In this document: positions 52,201 to 63,424 of the stretch, in pieces
How the letters are laid out: every line of letters starts with the position of its first letter
How positions within the stretch are numbered: position 1 is the first letter of the stretch
NCBI GenBank assembly: GCA_051362555.1
Contig: CM120643.1
Location: 8,308,001-8,372,000, forward strand
Length of the DNA: 64,000 bases
Origin: Lingula anatina
Lineage: Eukaryota > Animalia > Brachiopoda
Direction of reading: 5' to 3'
The notes under the pieces: model-generated
Told to the model about the DNA's origin: nothing
Database searches by the model: none
Seen by the model: the letters and a program-made list of their open reading frames with translations, nothing else
Translations under genes and position numbers: made by a program

Positions 52201-52475
52201 TTACAGTATGGCAGTAAATGCTCTACGGTGTTAGTTACAGTTAAATTGATGGGATTTTCAGATGTGTATACTTGTTTATTAACATTCTGAAACAAACACA
52301 TTCAGGCACAGCCAAGATGCAGAGCATGACAGCCAGTGTGTCCAGCAGCAAGAGTGCCAAGGCCGGCCGCCTCAAGCTTAGCACGTCCCTGTTTAAGAAA
52401 AAAGATTCCAAAGAGAAGAAGACAAAAGAACGCACGAGACTGGATAGCGAGGGCTCAAGCATTGTGTACAGATGA
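22066..52475 (+). CDS. RHPN2: Rhophilin (Rho GTPase effector; HR1 + BRO1 + PDZ), 659 aa, 17 exons
   Basis: Exons 22066-22095, 28067-28182, 40776-40904, 44178-44250, 44799-44876, 47272-47396, 47730-47838, 48111-48260, 48573-48668, 48935-49091, 49481-49594, 49943-50063, 50445-50521, 50914-50990, 51275-51424, 51666-51873 and 52306-52475 sum to 1980 nt in one frame. Motifs: HR1 ([15 protein letters not shown]), BRO1 ([32 protein letters not shown]), PDZ ([22 protein letters not shown]). Probably co-orthologous to vertebrate RHPN1 and RHPN2. Confidence 0.93.
23586..23636 (+). repeat. (TTA)n microsatellite
   Basis: Pure trinucleotide run. Similar runs occur at about 31729-31767 and 59223-59276, and (TTTA)n at about 49210-49273. 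Confidence 0.95.
23654..23828. mobile_element. Palindromic MITE family B (175 bp, diverged)
   Basis: GGTCGCATTCAGAAC ... TGTGAATGTGGCC, flanked by TAT on both sides. Same length as the other copies. Confidence 0.72.
24428..24597 (+). repeat. 84-bp tandem duplication
   Basis: TACATC.CAT.GCAATAATATGTGCATATAGGTGATGTT...GAGGATTGTATT occurs twice in tandem. Confidence 0.9.
25279..25573. mobile_element. Diverged MITE related to family A
   Basis: Imperfect inverted termini (CCCATTACCCTATCGTATTAGC ... GCTAGTACGATAAGGTTATGAGAAT), a GGATCGATCTA block and TTA/TAA flanks. Confidence 0.6.
28399..28479 (+). repeat. (CT)n microsatellite
   Basis: Pure CT dinucleotide run. Confidence 0.97.
29803..30687 (+). 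repeat. 146-bp satellite array, 6 monomers (HINE copy 1, first block)
   Basis: The TATCTC anchor recurs at 29803, 29949, 30095, 30241, 30387, 30533 and 30679. Confidence 0.95.
30981..31525 (+). repeat. 146-bp satellite array, about 3.7 monomers (HINE copy 1, second block)
   Basis: The anchor recurs at 30981, 31127, 31272 and 31418. Confidence 0.92.
32083..32306. mobile_element. hAT-type MITE, second copy
   Basis: Colinear similarity to 18038-18249 (CCAGCC.TCATTTGGA, GGCCTGTACCCCC, AAAAGCCCTG), with an internal (TA)n expansion. The TSD is not preserved. Confidence 0.72.
34525..34750 (+). mobile_element. MITE family A copy (226 bp)
   Basis: TTA target duplication. Nearly identical to 5620-5845. 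Confidence 0.86.
34802..38452 (+). mobile_element. Non-autonomous Helentron/HINE-like element with 146-bp tandem array, copy 2
   Basis: Same subTIRs (34802, 38403), 3' stem-loop (38422-38437) and CTAGTT end as copy 1. The first kilobase is visibly near-identical to copy 1. Confidence 0.8.
35810..38250 (+). repeat. 146-bp satellite array, about 16.7 monomers (HINE copy 2)
   Basis: The anchor recurs every 145-146 bp from 35810 to 37999. The last monomer, near 38145, is degenerate. Confidence 0.95.
38481..39791. mobile_element. Non-autonomous TIR DNA transposon, 1.31 kb (hAT-like or TA-targeting)
   Basis: Perfect 14-bp TIRs CAGTGTTTCCCCTG / CAGGGGAAACACTG flanked by TACATA on both sides. Repeated subterminal GCGAGGCG-like motifs. 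No transposase ORF. Confidence 0.8.
42758..43045 (+). repeat. Degenerate minisatellite, about 49-bp unit x 6
   Basis: GTGCATGGTACC.TGGAGTAACCTGTAT-like units start near 42758, 42807, 42867, 42916, 42967 and 43016. Confidence 0.85.
46629..46803. mobile_element. Palindromic MITE family B (175 bp)
   Basis: Same arms as the 3209 copy, with a TAA target duplication. Confidence 0.87.
47507..47589 (+). repeat. (TA)n microsatellite
   Basis: Pure TA run in rhophilin intron 6. Confidence 0.97.
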
Positions 52476-55400
52476 CCTTTTGACTGAAGCGTCCAGTATT
52501 AATACACGTATTAGCTGTGTGAGAGAACGTGTTATGGATACAGCAAATATCACTGATGTTCAGGGGGCTTACCCTCTACCAGGGCGACAGATTGATTTTT
52601 CACAAGATATTCACAGATATAATGTCTTTTGATAAATAGACAGTCATTTGATTCTCTGGCTTTTTAAAAATTTGCCTATAATATCTGCCACCCTGGTGGA
52701 GGGTACAGGGGACTGATGGTAATTCTCCTATTTTCAGCATGACCCTGTTATCATTATCCCACTGAGCTTATCTAGGCCATAGAGAATGTAAGGTGAGTCT
52801 CCATTAAGACTCAAAAAATAAGGGGTGGCTGATGTATATTGCATATATAAATGCCCAAAATAATTCCCATGTACAAAATATAGATAAACATTTATATCAG
52901 TGCTTTCAGGTGCATGGTATGTATCCTAGTAGTCCAGGTAGATCTTTTAATGTGATTTGCAAACTTCCAATGCAAAAATGTAAGTACGTTGTGGTGCACA
53001 TTTTAGCTTTATTAGCTATATATGTATATATAGATAAAGGCATAGGGGAAATTACAGTCACAAATACTCAAATATTTTGATTTTTCCCCTTTTAGATTAA
53101 TTTCCATTGTCAACTTCAGTGTATTTGTTCATTTATTAAAATATTTGGATCCAGATGCATTTCTCAAATCACAGTCTATTTCTTGCCATTTTAAGTATTA
53201 GGATGATTTAAGTTACAGTGTCATTTTATAGCTGCTGAAGTTCATGAAATTTTACTATGGCAGATTGAAACCATTTATAGTTATCAATTTGACTGTAAGA
53301 AAGTTTGCCCCTAATGCCTTTATTAGTTTAACCCACCAAAGATAATGGAGACAGTTTGATGTAAATGAACTGTCATCACAAGCAGGATTGTCAGCTACAC
53401 TGTATATTCTTCATTATTTAGATCTATTATTTATCATGATTAAAAAAATAACACATTCACTGAAAACAAACAAACAAACAAACAAACAAAAAAAAATAGA
53501 TGAGTGAAAACTTAATGTCTTGCACTGGCAATCCTGAGGAAGATTGTTTTTTTTTTAATTTATTTTTTTTATTATTTATTTTTTCAGATTTCTTGTAAAC
53601 ATATTAGTTATGAATCAAAATTCATCAGCAAGATGATACCACAGCTTTAGATTCCCAATAAAACCAAAGATAGATCAGGTAACAGGATATTATTCCATGT
53701 GTATTGTGTCCACTGAAGCAGAGTTTATTTCATTTCTGGAGATCAGGGCGAATTGAGATAATTAGGTGAAGAGAAAAATAGATTGGTGCATGAAGTTGGA
53801 TGCATTTCTGTGTATAGGTTTTAACAATTCGTATTTCAAGTGATACTTTTAACTTGGCTGTACAGGTCTGGTTATTTGCATTTTTTTTAAATATTTGGTG
53901 AAGATACTGGAATCACACTTTTGAAAAGAGGATATCAATTTTATTTGTATATGCATACAAACTAGCAATTCAGTGGGAGAGATTTCAATTGGTTTGAGAT
54001 GATATAAGAATTGCCTAATTTTGCTTGAATTTATTTAGCCATTATGTGAAATATTGCCAGGATATAAAACCAGTTTTTCAACTTTGCCAAGTGGTTTTCA
54101 TGTGTAAAATAATGGACCAACAAGTATTAAGCTTCACTTACAATAAGTTATTTATGCGAAAACCACTTCCATTAAACATACATCAGGTAAGGTTACCAAA
54201 AATGTTTTTTTCTTTTTTTTGTTCACCCATGACTACAGTAAAATGTTTAAAATACATGTATTCAGTTGCAAATACCTCTCGTGGATCTTACATGGGTTGC
54301 TAATTATATTTAAGACTAAAATGGCTTTAATTTTTTTTTCAGTAAAATATTCATATTTGGTGCTGGAAATAAAATCAAAATTATGCAGTATAAGATGGCA
54401 AGTTTTGTTGGCATTTTAGCTTCTTTTTGTTTGTTTTATGTTGTGTAGCTTTATGGTCTACTGATTTTGTTGCTCACATTAACATTTTTGTAACCATTAA
54501 AGGGTCAACTTTAATTCTAAGATAAAATGTCTTTCATTTAACTCATTTTTTCAAGTAAATGACCCAATATTTATGTGCAGATAAATCCCATGTGTTACAT
54601 ATTAAAAGCATTTTCGCACTCGGATTAATCCCAATTCATTAGCAAGTATATGTGTATATTCTCATTACAATTACATGCATTGCCAAATATTTTTTCTGGA
54701 GAATGTTCTTTATGGATGTCGAGTGGGAAAAGTGATTCTTGCTATGAAAACCACAGACAAGAGGGCTGTGATAGTCCATTTGTACAAAAAAGATAAAGGG
54801 GAACATTTTTGTAAGACATCAAAATCAAATAATGAAGTCGGAGAATTTTTTTTTTTTTTCGAGCTATGCCTGCCTTATGTAGCCATAAATAATTCCCAAT
54901 ACATTTAAGTTATTATTGTTTGAAAACCAGTATTACTAACAAAATGCTCATTAGTTGTAAATTAAGTGAAATAAATGAAGCAGCTCATAGGGTAACAATG
55001 CTGCAAGCTGTAAATTTTGTCGTCTAACTTTTGTTTTACTTCTAGACAAATTGTATTTATATCCAGTACAAATGCTAGTCAATTTGTAAAAATAGGATTG
55101 CCTTTGCCAACTGACCATTTTCACTCACATAACTTCTTTCCAAGTTTTAGTTACCCTTAAAATAGCTTTTGTTATGATATCAATATTAACTAGTGCTTTT
55201 TAACTTTTACTTGAATGCATTGTGAAATATAAGGCAATGTATGACCATAGTTTCTAGGAACAAGTAGTATTATTGAAGACTTGGGCTTTCCAACATGTGA
55301 TGTGTGAAATTGGTCTGCATGGCTTTCCTTGGAAGGTGTGTGACATTGTGTTGCTTTAAGGGCAAGTGACTGTTTGTTACTGAACTAAGTTTCACCATGT

Positions 55401-56170
55401 AATAACACTTTATTCAATGAAAAAATAAAATAAAACCTTAGTATGCAATCTTAAATGTTTTGTTGTGATTTCTGTAAGTGCATGTTTTTTTCTCTCGCAT
55501 CAAATAAAATGTTTTAACTTAGTCAGCCTTTTTAAGTTCGAATTTGAACAGCAGTTCATTTCATTTATGCACTGGCATATTTTAAAATGTTATTTATGAC
55601 TGTAGCACATACAAAAACTGTAATAAATTCCAAATGACTGAATGATTGTTACAAAACCAGTAACTTGAGACCATTTCACAACAAATTTCAGCTTGACAGT
55701 GGAGCTACAAGACTCGATTACTGAATCTTCAACCTTGACAGAAAAATATGTGTGTATATATATATACATGTCAAGGAAGCCAAAGTTAAATCTAAAAACA
55801 CTGCAAATATTCTTTGCTCTCACAAAAATGGAGAATGAACAAATAATTAAGGGAAATAACCTTTAAATGCACCTGCAAATATTTAGCCAAATGATGAATG
55901 TTGAACTTCAAATATTGGAATAAATGCAGTACTCTCTTCTCATTTGCCAATTTGTATAAAATGTGACTAAAACCTTCCAGGAGTAGAACACAATGGCCAA
56001 ACTTCTGTATACAACCACAGGTAACAAATCCATGTATTAGACACTCCACTGTGAACTTCCTCTATGATGCCAGTTATATAAACTGTATCAAATTTAAAAT
56101 AGAGCCCAGTGTATATGAAGTACTAGTGTCTGGTGTATCACTGTGACCATATGCTCCCTGGGTTTCTGAT

Positions 56171-56431
56171 GCCATTCAGAACAGAAGATCCAAGGATCTA
56201 CTGATCCACGGATCAATATGGCAGACCCTACATGAAAGCAGAGCCCATTAGTCCGCTGACGGTCTCCTGCCTCCACACGCGCCAATAAACATATAAGCTC
56301 CGAGGTTTAACTGCTAGACTCCAGCAAGGACAGCACGTGTGGAGGCGGGGAGCCCATCAGCGGAATAGTCAGCTCTTCTTTCATGTGGGGTCCACCACAC
56401 TTGATCTGTGGACCAGTAGAATGTGAATGGC
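56171..56431. mobile_element. Fold-back element related to family B in PSME3IP1 3' UTR
   Basis: GCCATTCAGA ... TGTGAATGGC termini and internal complementary blocks (CCTGCCTCCACACG / CGTGTGGAGGCGGG; CCGCTGA / TCAGCGG). Confidence 0.68.
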
Positions 56432-56455
56432 TTCTTTGTCTCAAGTGATCAGCTG

Positions 56456-59222
56456 CTAATGATTCTGCCCTCCTGATGAAGTCTGCTCACAAGATTTGAC
56501 CGTTCCTTTTATCTTGGACACAGTGGACACGTCTTCATCCAAGCGGTCATCATTTTCACTGGCCGACGAGTCCTCAGAGTCAGAACTGTCCGTATAGTAA
56601 CCCATTCCAGGCAGAATGCCAATCACCTTGGCAACCTGTGGCTTCCCTTGTTGTAACGCCCTCTTTGATTGGCCGAGAGTGGCTGTCTGTGCCCCATTGG
56701 TGTTTGGCTGATTTTTACTGTCTCCAGCTGACCCTGACAAGCACAAGAACCTTTATAGACAAGCTTTCCATTTGATTTTGTGGGAATGGAATTAATTAAA
56801 GAACAGAGACAGGGACAGATCCAAAGGATACATTTTGGTCAACAAACATTATAATAATGTTTTAAAAATGTGACTGAAGCAGAAACAAAAGCCACACACA
56901 AGGACAAGTAAGGACACACAATCACTGAACAAACATATTACAGGAAAATTAACAATTTTTTTCAGCAAAATCTCACAGCTCAGGCATAAAACCGATTGGT
57001 GCCACACATGGGTAAAAGTCTGTGTCAAAAAAACTCACTCTTGCAATTTCAACCACCTAAATCATGAAAATAATATATGCCTTACCCTCTGCATTTGCTA
57101 TCTTGGTCTTCTTTTTAGAGTCTTCATTGTTGCTGTTGGCATCAGTACTAGTATGACAAAATGATAATACAGTGAACCATGCACCTTTCCCCTCTGAGAA
57201 ACCCATAATATAATTTCACTATTATTCATTCTCCTTAAAGGCAATCATAGTCATCCAGAGTTTTGCCAATAATGAAGTCTGACTAATTTAAAACAATTTA
57301 TTGTAAAATCATTAAAGGTTAAGATAAAAATTTTCTGCCCCAATGCTTTTAAACAAATCAACAGTATCACAGGAAGATCTGGATCCTATAGTTTTCTCTA
57401 CCTTTTCCTCTTCACTGCTCCTGCTAACAACTGTGACTGTGACCTTTTGGAGGTTTGCATGGTTGTTTTTTGTGTTTTTGTTTTTTCTTTGGTATCGTCT
57501 TTCTTTGCAGCTGCTGAAGTGGTGGCCAAATTCATCACTGCATTGTACAAAGGAGTAAAGAAAAAATACACAAGAGTTGTAAAACATTAAAACTTATATT
57601 TGTCACTTAAATTGAAAAATGAATATGAAAACACATGTAAAACATGCATCAGCTGATTTCAAATCAACAAAGAAACATTTTTACATCCTTTCCATGAGAT
57701 ACAAAATGTGCAAAAAAATAGTCCAAAACATCTTAAAAAATACTTGCTATCAAATGAAAAAGGATATTTTATATTCCTCTAGTGCTTCCTCATTTTCTTT
57801 TTCTCTTGCCCGCATAATCTGTTCTTGTTTTACAGAAACAAAGTCTAAAAACTGTGCTTCATCATCTTCGAGTCCTTTAACCATGTTACCTAGAAGTAAG
57901 AAACAAAGAGGGGAACTAAAAGTTATGTCTTTGTCAGAAAACAACCAAATAAGCATACCTTGAAGTTAAACTGAATATCAAAATATGAATCAACAATTAT
58001 ATATCCATGAGATCCGATCTTTTGGCTTGATTTTGGAGATCATTTACTACATCTTATTTGGCTCAAATCAACATATACATTTCAGAATATACATATTTTT
58101 CACAGTTCTGTACCAGTAAAACTACCTAGTATCTGTTTTCAAATTATATGAAGTCAAATGTTTGCCACTAAACCTGACCAAATGCATCATATATTTTTAA
58201 AATAGCATAACTTAAAGAAACACCACAGGACATCGTCTCAGTCTTTCTGAAAAATGATATTTGAAGAGATGTTTTCCGTTTTCTTTTTGTTTCATTTAAA
58301 TATTTATGCTATTGCATGCACAGCAGTTATGCATCACACATTTGACAGACTTTCATGAACCAGAAGGTTGGATATATAGATAAAGTTTATGACCAGAAAT
58401 TTGAAGAAGGTGCCGTTTTAAAGCTTATTTTTTGGCTGACTGATTGATTAATTTTGGTTTATCTTTTGGCATGTTGACTTTATTTTTAAATAAAAGACAC
58501 TAGAAGTGATCTATACGCCTTACAGGAAATCTATGATTGATTCAAATTGTTACATTCAAAAAACAAAGTACAATAAATTTATGTTTACTTAGTTTATATT
58601 TTTCATTGTATTCATCATCTTTCTTCTGTTTCTGTTCCTGCAGTCTTTCAAACAGTGACCGATGATCATATTCCTCCTCTGGGGCCTCTGAAATTATAGA
58701 TAAATAATTTTTTAAAAAATAATAATAAATCAAACAAGAAGTATGATCCCTTCAATTACAGATCAGTGCTAAGTATGTGGCATCAGTTAGGAAAAGTATT
58801 TAATGAACTCACAGAAATCTCTTTGAGAAATATTGCATGCTATACTCTTTGCTGCAAAATGTCATTTTTGTCTGAACTTGTATGCCTTTTTCCTTTAACA
58901 TAAAATTTTTAATTAAAAAAGATAAAGATTTCACCCTGAAACACAGGAAAATAATATTATAATCTCTCTGATATTATAGTTTTAAATATGTCTATGTTCT
59001 TATACTTGTCCACAATGATGCTGCATCCTTATCAGGTAATGCACACTAATTCCTGCTCAAAAACTGCAATTTCACTCAAAGTAAATGAATGTACATAGAA
59101 TTTTTGTAACCTTTTTTTAATATATACTTATCGAGTAAACTTAAGTTAAAATAAAATAGTCAAGGACATTCAGGTGATTATAAGCCAACAGAGTATTGGT
59201 CAGAAATGACTAAAAGACTGCA

Positions 59223-59277
<55 letters not shown>

Positions 59278-59481
59278 TTTTATTAGATTGCTTTTGTAAA
59301 AATATTCCTAATATAACAAAAGGGTGCCTCAAACTTCCCCCGTAGCCTTCTTACCTATAGGCTGATCTGCTGTTCTCACTTTCTCCCATTCTTCTTGTCT
59401 ACGTTTTTTCTGTTCTTCTATTTCATCCTCCGACACAAATTTCTTAAAAGCTACTGGCAAGTCACTGTCCTTTCCACTCAT
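56456..59481 (-). CDS. PSME3IP1: PSME3-interacting protein / FAM192A / NIP30, 276 aa, 6 coding exons
   Basis: Exons 59481-59355, 58687-58589, 57889-57768, 57544-57402, 57147-57086 and 56733-56456 total 831 nt. Motifs: FVSEDEIEEQKKRRQEEWEKVR, EEYDHRSLFERLQEQK, NMVKGLEDDEAQFL, SQLLAGAVKRK, IGILPGMGYYTDSSDSE. Intron 3 is AT-AC. Confidence 0.92.
57545..57767 (-). other. U12-type (minor spliceosome) AT-AC intron, 223 nt, in PSME3IP1
   Basis: The minus-strand 5' site is AAA|ATATCCTTTT (U12 consensus). The 3' end is TTTCTTTACTCCTTTGTAC|AAT, a branch-site-like TTCTTTAC followed by AC. These ends keep the conserved SQLLAGAVKRK segment in frame. Confidence 0.88.
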
Positions 59482-59587
59482 GTTGGAATCTGTAAACACC
59501 ACGTATTTTGAAGAGCAACAGTTTACTGTGATTTAAAAACAGAATAAAATGAGGAAGGGAACTACAGGTAGACATGATGCGACTTAC

Positions 59588-59985
59588 TGATTTCACGATT
59601 AAACGTCTTCAAATGTCATTGACACTCTGGCTAAAAGTTTTCAAATAATAATTATTTTTAAATCGATGTTATTTTTTTAAGTTGCAAAATATTGACAAGT
59701 TTGTTCAGTTCCACTTCACATCTTTTTCGATCATCACCCTCAGAAATAATGCAACACAAAGAACACACACTCTAGAGGCAGATGTAAAACCACCAGGGCA
59801 TATTTCATAACAAAACATTGATTATTGTGAACCATAAATCTGTCCGATTAAGACTCGATACATGCGTTCATTTTCCCACCTGTAGACACCGGAAGTCGAT
59901 CTCAGTGTACTACATTCGGGTCTCTAATCTCAAAAGAGTTTTCACATGCGGAATAGTGGTTAAAATCAAAAGAACACATTTGACA
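59588..59985. promoter_or_regulatory. Putative bidirectional promoter PSME3IP1 / RABIF
   Basis: Divergent ATGs are about 500 bp apart, with a perfect ETS/GABP motif CCGGAAGT at 59889-59896. PSME3IP1 appears to have a short 5' UTR intron (donor about 59587, acceptor about 59490). Confidence 0.55.
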
Positions 59986-60807
59986 ATGTCAGAGGGGGTG
60001 AGCGGGGAAGAAACCAAAGGGGCAGCATCGCCAATCAAACCAAACCACGCTGAATTAGTCAAAGATGGCAAAAATAGCCTAACTTTGCAATGCGAACGCT
60101 GCGGATGCGTCGTTCTTAGGCCAGGAAGTGCCAAGTTTGTACAAAAAGAGGTGAGATAGACTTTAAATTCATTGATCGTCACTTCCGATGCCGCTAAGAG
60201 CTGATACCCTTACTTATTTAATCTATTTAATGTCATTAAAATTGTTATAATATTAGCTTCTCCCATCCCACAAACCCATCTCACTCTTAAGCGTTATTTC
60301 ACGTACATGTACTCAGTAGTAATTTATAATAATTTTATTGTGTCGTTTGAAAGTTAATGTATTATTTTGTGTGTACTGTTAAAATGCACTAAAACATTTG
60401 ATATATTGACGCAGTAGCTGTAATAATGTGCAGCTTGTGTGAATTGATTATTGACATCATTTTTTTGTACCACTCAGATAATTGTTGATAATTAAAAAAA
60501 CTCCCTTAAAGTTAATGTCACCATTGTCAGCAGCATCATTACCACCCAGAACACTACATTTCATTTCCAGCTATTCCTTCCACACATGAAGAAAAAAGCT
60601 GAGGGCACAGATCCCAATGGAGAGACACTATCGGACTGCTGGCTGGTGGATGACATGTACACATTTGATAATGTGGGCTTCACCAAAAATGTCGGCACAA
60701 GCAAATACCTGATCTGCGCAGACTGTGAAATCGGCCCTATTGGCTGGCACGATGTGAATATAAAGAATGAATTTTATGTTGCCCTTGACAGGGTGAAACA
60801 TGTTTGA
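59986..60807 (+). CDS. RABIF: Guanine nucleotide exchange factor/chaperone MSS4 (RAB-interacting factor), 133 aa, 2 exons
   Basis: Exons 59986-60150 and 60571-60807 (phase 0). Zn-binding CERC and CADC pairs plus the signature WLVDDMYTFDNVGFTK...YLICADCEIGPIGWH...FYVALDRV. Confidence 0.93.
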
Positions 60808-61950
60808 TGATTCTGTATAGTAGGCACATGGAAATTTGACATTATGCTTAAAATGATTGGACCAATGTATTCAGCTAATTTTATGCCAAGAAATTGAACT
60901 GAATTCCAGTAGTGAAAAACTATAGTATTTATGTGCAATTTCAACTTTATTTAAATATGATTTACATTTACAGAAAATTGAGTTCTCAATGACAGTGAGC
61001 ATGAAAATATACTTGATTTTTTTTTCATTTTTTATCAGAAATTTTTAATACAGATTTTTCTGCCTCAAGCAGCATCCAGTCTTAAGGCCACAAGTCTTTC
61101 TTCACTACTTTTTTCTAACAATCTCAAGTCATGTCTGATGGAAGTTGTAGTGTTTACATGTAGTGTTATTACTGTTGTGCGCATGCACGAGGAGTTGAAA
61201 ATATACCAAGTGAGGTTTCAACAGGCATTGTTGTCCGTCTTCGTGTGTTGTTGGTCATAAACCAGAAAGTACAGTCGACGTAATAGTCCATTTTGTGTAA
61301 TAACCAGTATTCCATAAAGACTACAGAAGTATTTTGCTTTAAATGTCCATGCATCAGTGCAGTCCTGTCTTTTACATAGCTGTCTAAATAAGGCAACTTA
61401 AAATAACAGCAAAGTTCCAGTTTGGTATGTTAATGGTGATGATGCCTTTGCAATGTATATCCACTGCAAGTGAGATAACAACACTGACCTCATTGCTATG
61501 CTATAGATATATATAAAAGATATTGCTTACTTCAAAATGAAAGATGTTATGAAACCAGATCTTGCTCAAATCAGTGAAGATTTATTGAAAGTATAAAACT
61601 TTGATTGGCATAAATTAAAGTACTTTCATCGGTGTACACTTTTATAGCAAGCAGTAGGTGTATTGGACTATCTATACAATAAAGAAAATAATAAGCAAAC
61701 CACTTATGAAACTCGTTCTTCAAGTTTTTATTTGACACGGACATATTATTTCCAAATGTTATTACTTTTTATGTACAGACACAGATGTGTCAGTACACAA
61801 AGCCAACACCTCTTTCCTGTATAAGCTAAGACTGAATCATTAATTTGCTAATGTCTTCAAGGCTCAATATTTCTCTGCCTTTTAACAGATGATTCATTTT
61901 TCAACACCCTGGGTTTCTAAGAGTGTCTAAAGGCTGAGCACGAGCCCTCG

Positions 61951-63424
61951 TCATGAATGTGCATCTTTAGGCATTCCATCTTCATCCAGCAGACATTCTG
62001 TAGATGGCAGCACTTGTGGCCCAGTTCCCACCTGTAATAAAAGACAGCAATAAACTGCTAACGTTTAACTGAGGTTATCTTTTTTCACAAATTCATCACA
62101 ATTACATTGGAAATTTAGCACAGGAAAAATGAAAATTTATAATCATGTTTAGTTAAATCACTAATGTTATTTAATTAAAAAATACTGAACAATGCCACAC
62201 CTTGGGCTTTATGATAGCTAAGGTGTGTCGATCTACATTTAACAGCATCACATAAAATAATCAGTCTCATGTAGCTTTAGGTATTAAAACTACTGAAGAT
62301 AATAAGTAACATGGTGGTTTGATAACTAAGGGTGCAAGCAAGACAATTTCATTAATTTGCCTGTGAACAACCAAAAACATACCTTGGTATGTATGATGTA
62401 CTTCAATGCCCCTGGGGATAGAGGTGTGAACCCCAAACTTTCCTTTAAATCCTTTGGAGACAAAAAAAGAGTATGTAATGCTTGTATTACATAGAAAACA
62501 GTTACCATTAGTACATTTTCATTTAAATATCACTCATTTCTTCTGTAATATTTTTTCATTATTCTATACTACTGATAGCTTTTTTAAATTATAAAGAAAA
62601 AGAGACACAAAATGGCAAAATATTTAAATTAAAATAAAAATTGTATCATATTGTCAGCTTCATAAACTTCCATGAAAAGGCTCACACACTGGGAATGTTC
62701 AGTGAGTACCTTCTGAATAGGCAATTCTTCCACTTGTAGCCCTCTAATATACTGGTCTCCGTTCTGCTCTATTGGTGGAAAACAATGGTTTACCATGGCT
62801 AGTACGCCCGCTACATCCTCCTCCAGTAAATACAGACAGGCATTGGGGCCTGCATCAAATGTATAGGCAACCTAGAGGTGAAAAGTTATGTGAGAAAATG
62901 ATTATGAAAAATGTTTGTAGAGAGTGGTCCAAGAAGATGTTTCCTTTTTTGCTTTAGTATTATTTTCTATTCAAAGGAAAATTTAACGCTTTTTTTTACA
63001 TCTTACTTTCAGAGTGTTACCAGACAATATAAAAAGTTAATACAAAATTATGACGTCTGTGACTTTCTGGTAATAGACTGAACCCCTCTCCCTCCACTAA
63101 AGTGAAAGAAATGTACCCAAAAACATTAAGGAGTATAAATTATTAAAAATGGCTGCAACTGAAAATGATAATCTGGTAGTTTTCATATGTGGCATAAGGA
63201 TTTCTATGCCAAAATGAAATTACATGTTTTATCAAAAAATAAATAAATAAAAAATAAAAAAGGCCAGCGACTGCTAGAATGTTATCTTCTTTTTATCTTA
63301 CCTTAATTTCTCCACAGAAGTCATTGTATTTGTGGACTAGATGCATGATCTGTTTAGACGTATCATTCAGGTAGATGATGGGTGGGTAGGTATCCAAACA
63401 GGAGGCATGGAGCTGGTTACTGTC
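61951..63424 (-). CDS. MVD: Diphosphomevalonate decarboxylase, last four coding exons (5' part outside window)
   Basis: Exons 63424-63302, 62871-62710, 62451-62383 and 62031-61951, all phase 0. Protein: [21 protein letters not shown].../[14 protein letters not shown].../...[14 protein letters not shown]...LLDEDGMPK. DSNQxHA and [10 protein letters not shown] are MVD catalytic-region motifs. Confidence 0.93.

Noticed and set aside
17098-60807. Apparent small-GTPase functional cluster (RAB5IF, rhophilin, RABIF)
   Set aside because: Mostly a naming coincidence. RAB5IF/OPTI works in ER membrane-protein biogenesis, and nothing in the sequence shows co-regulation.
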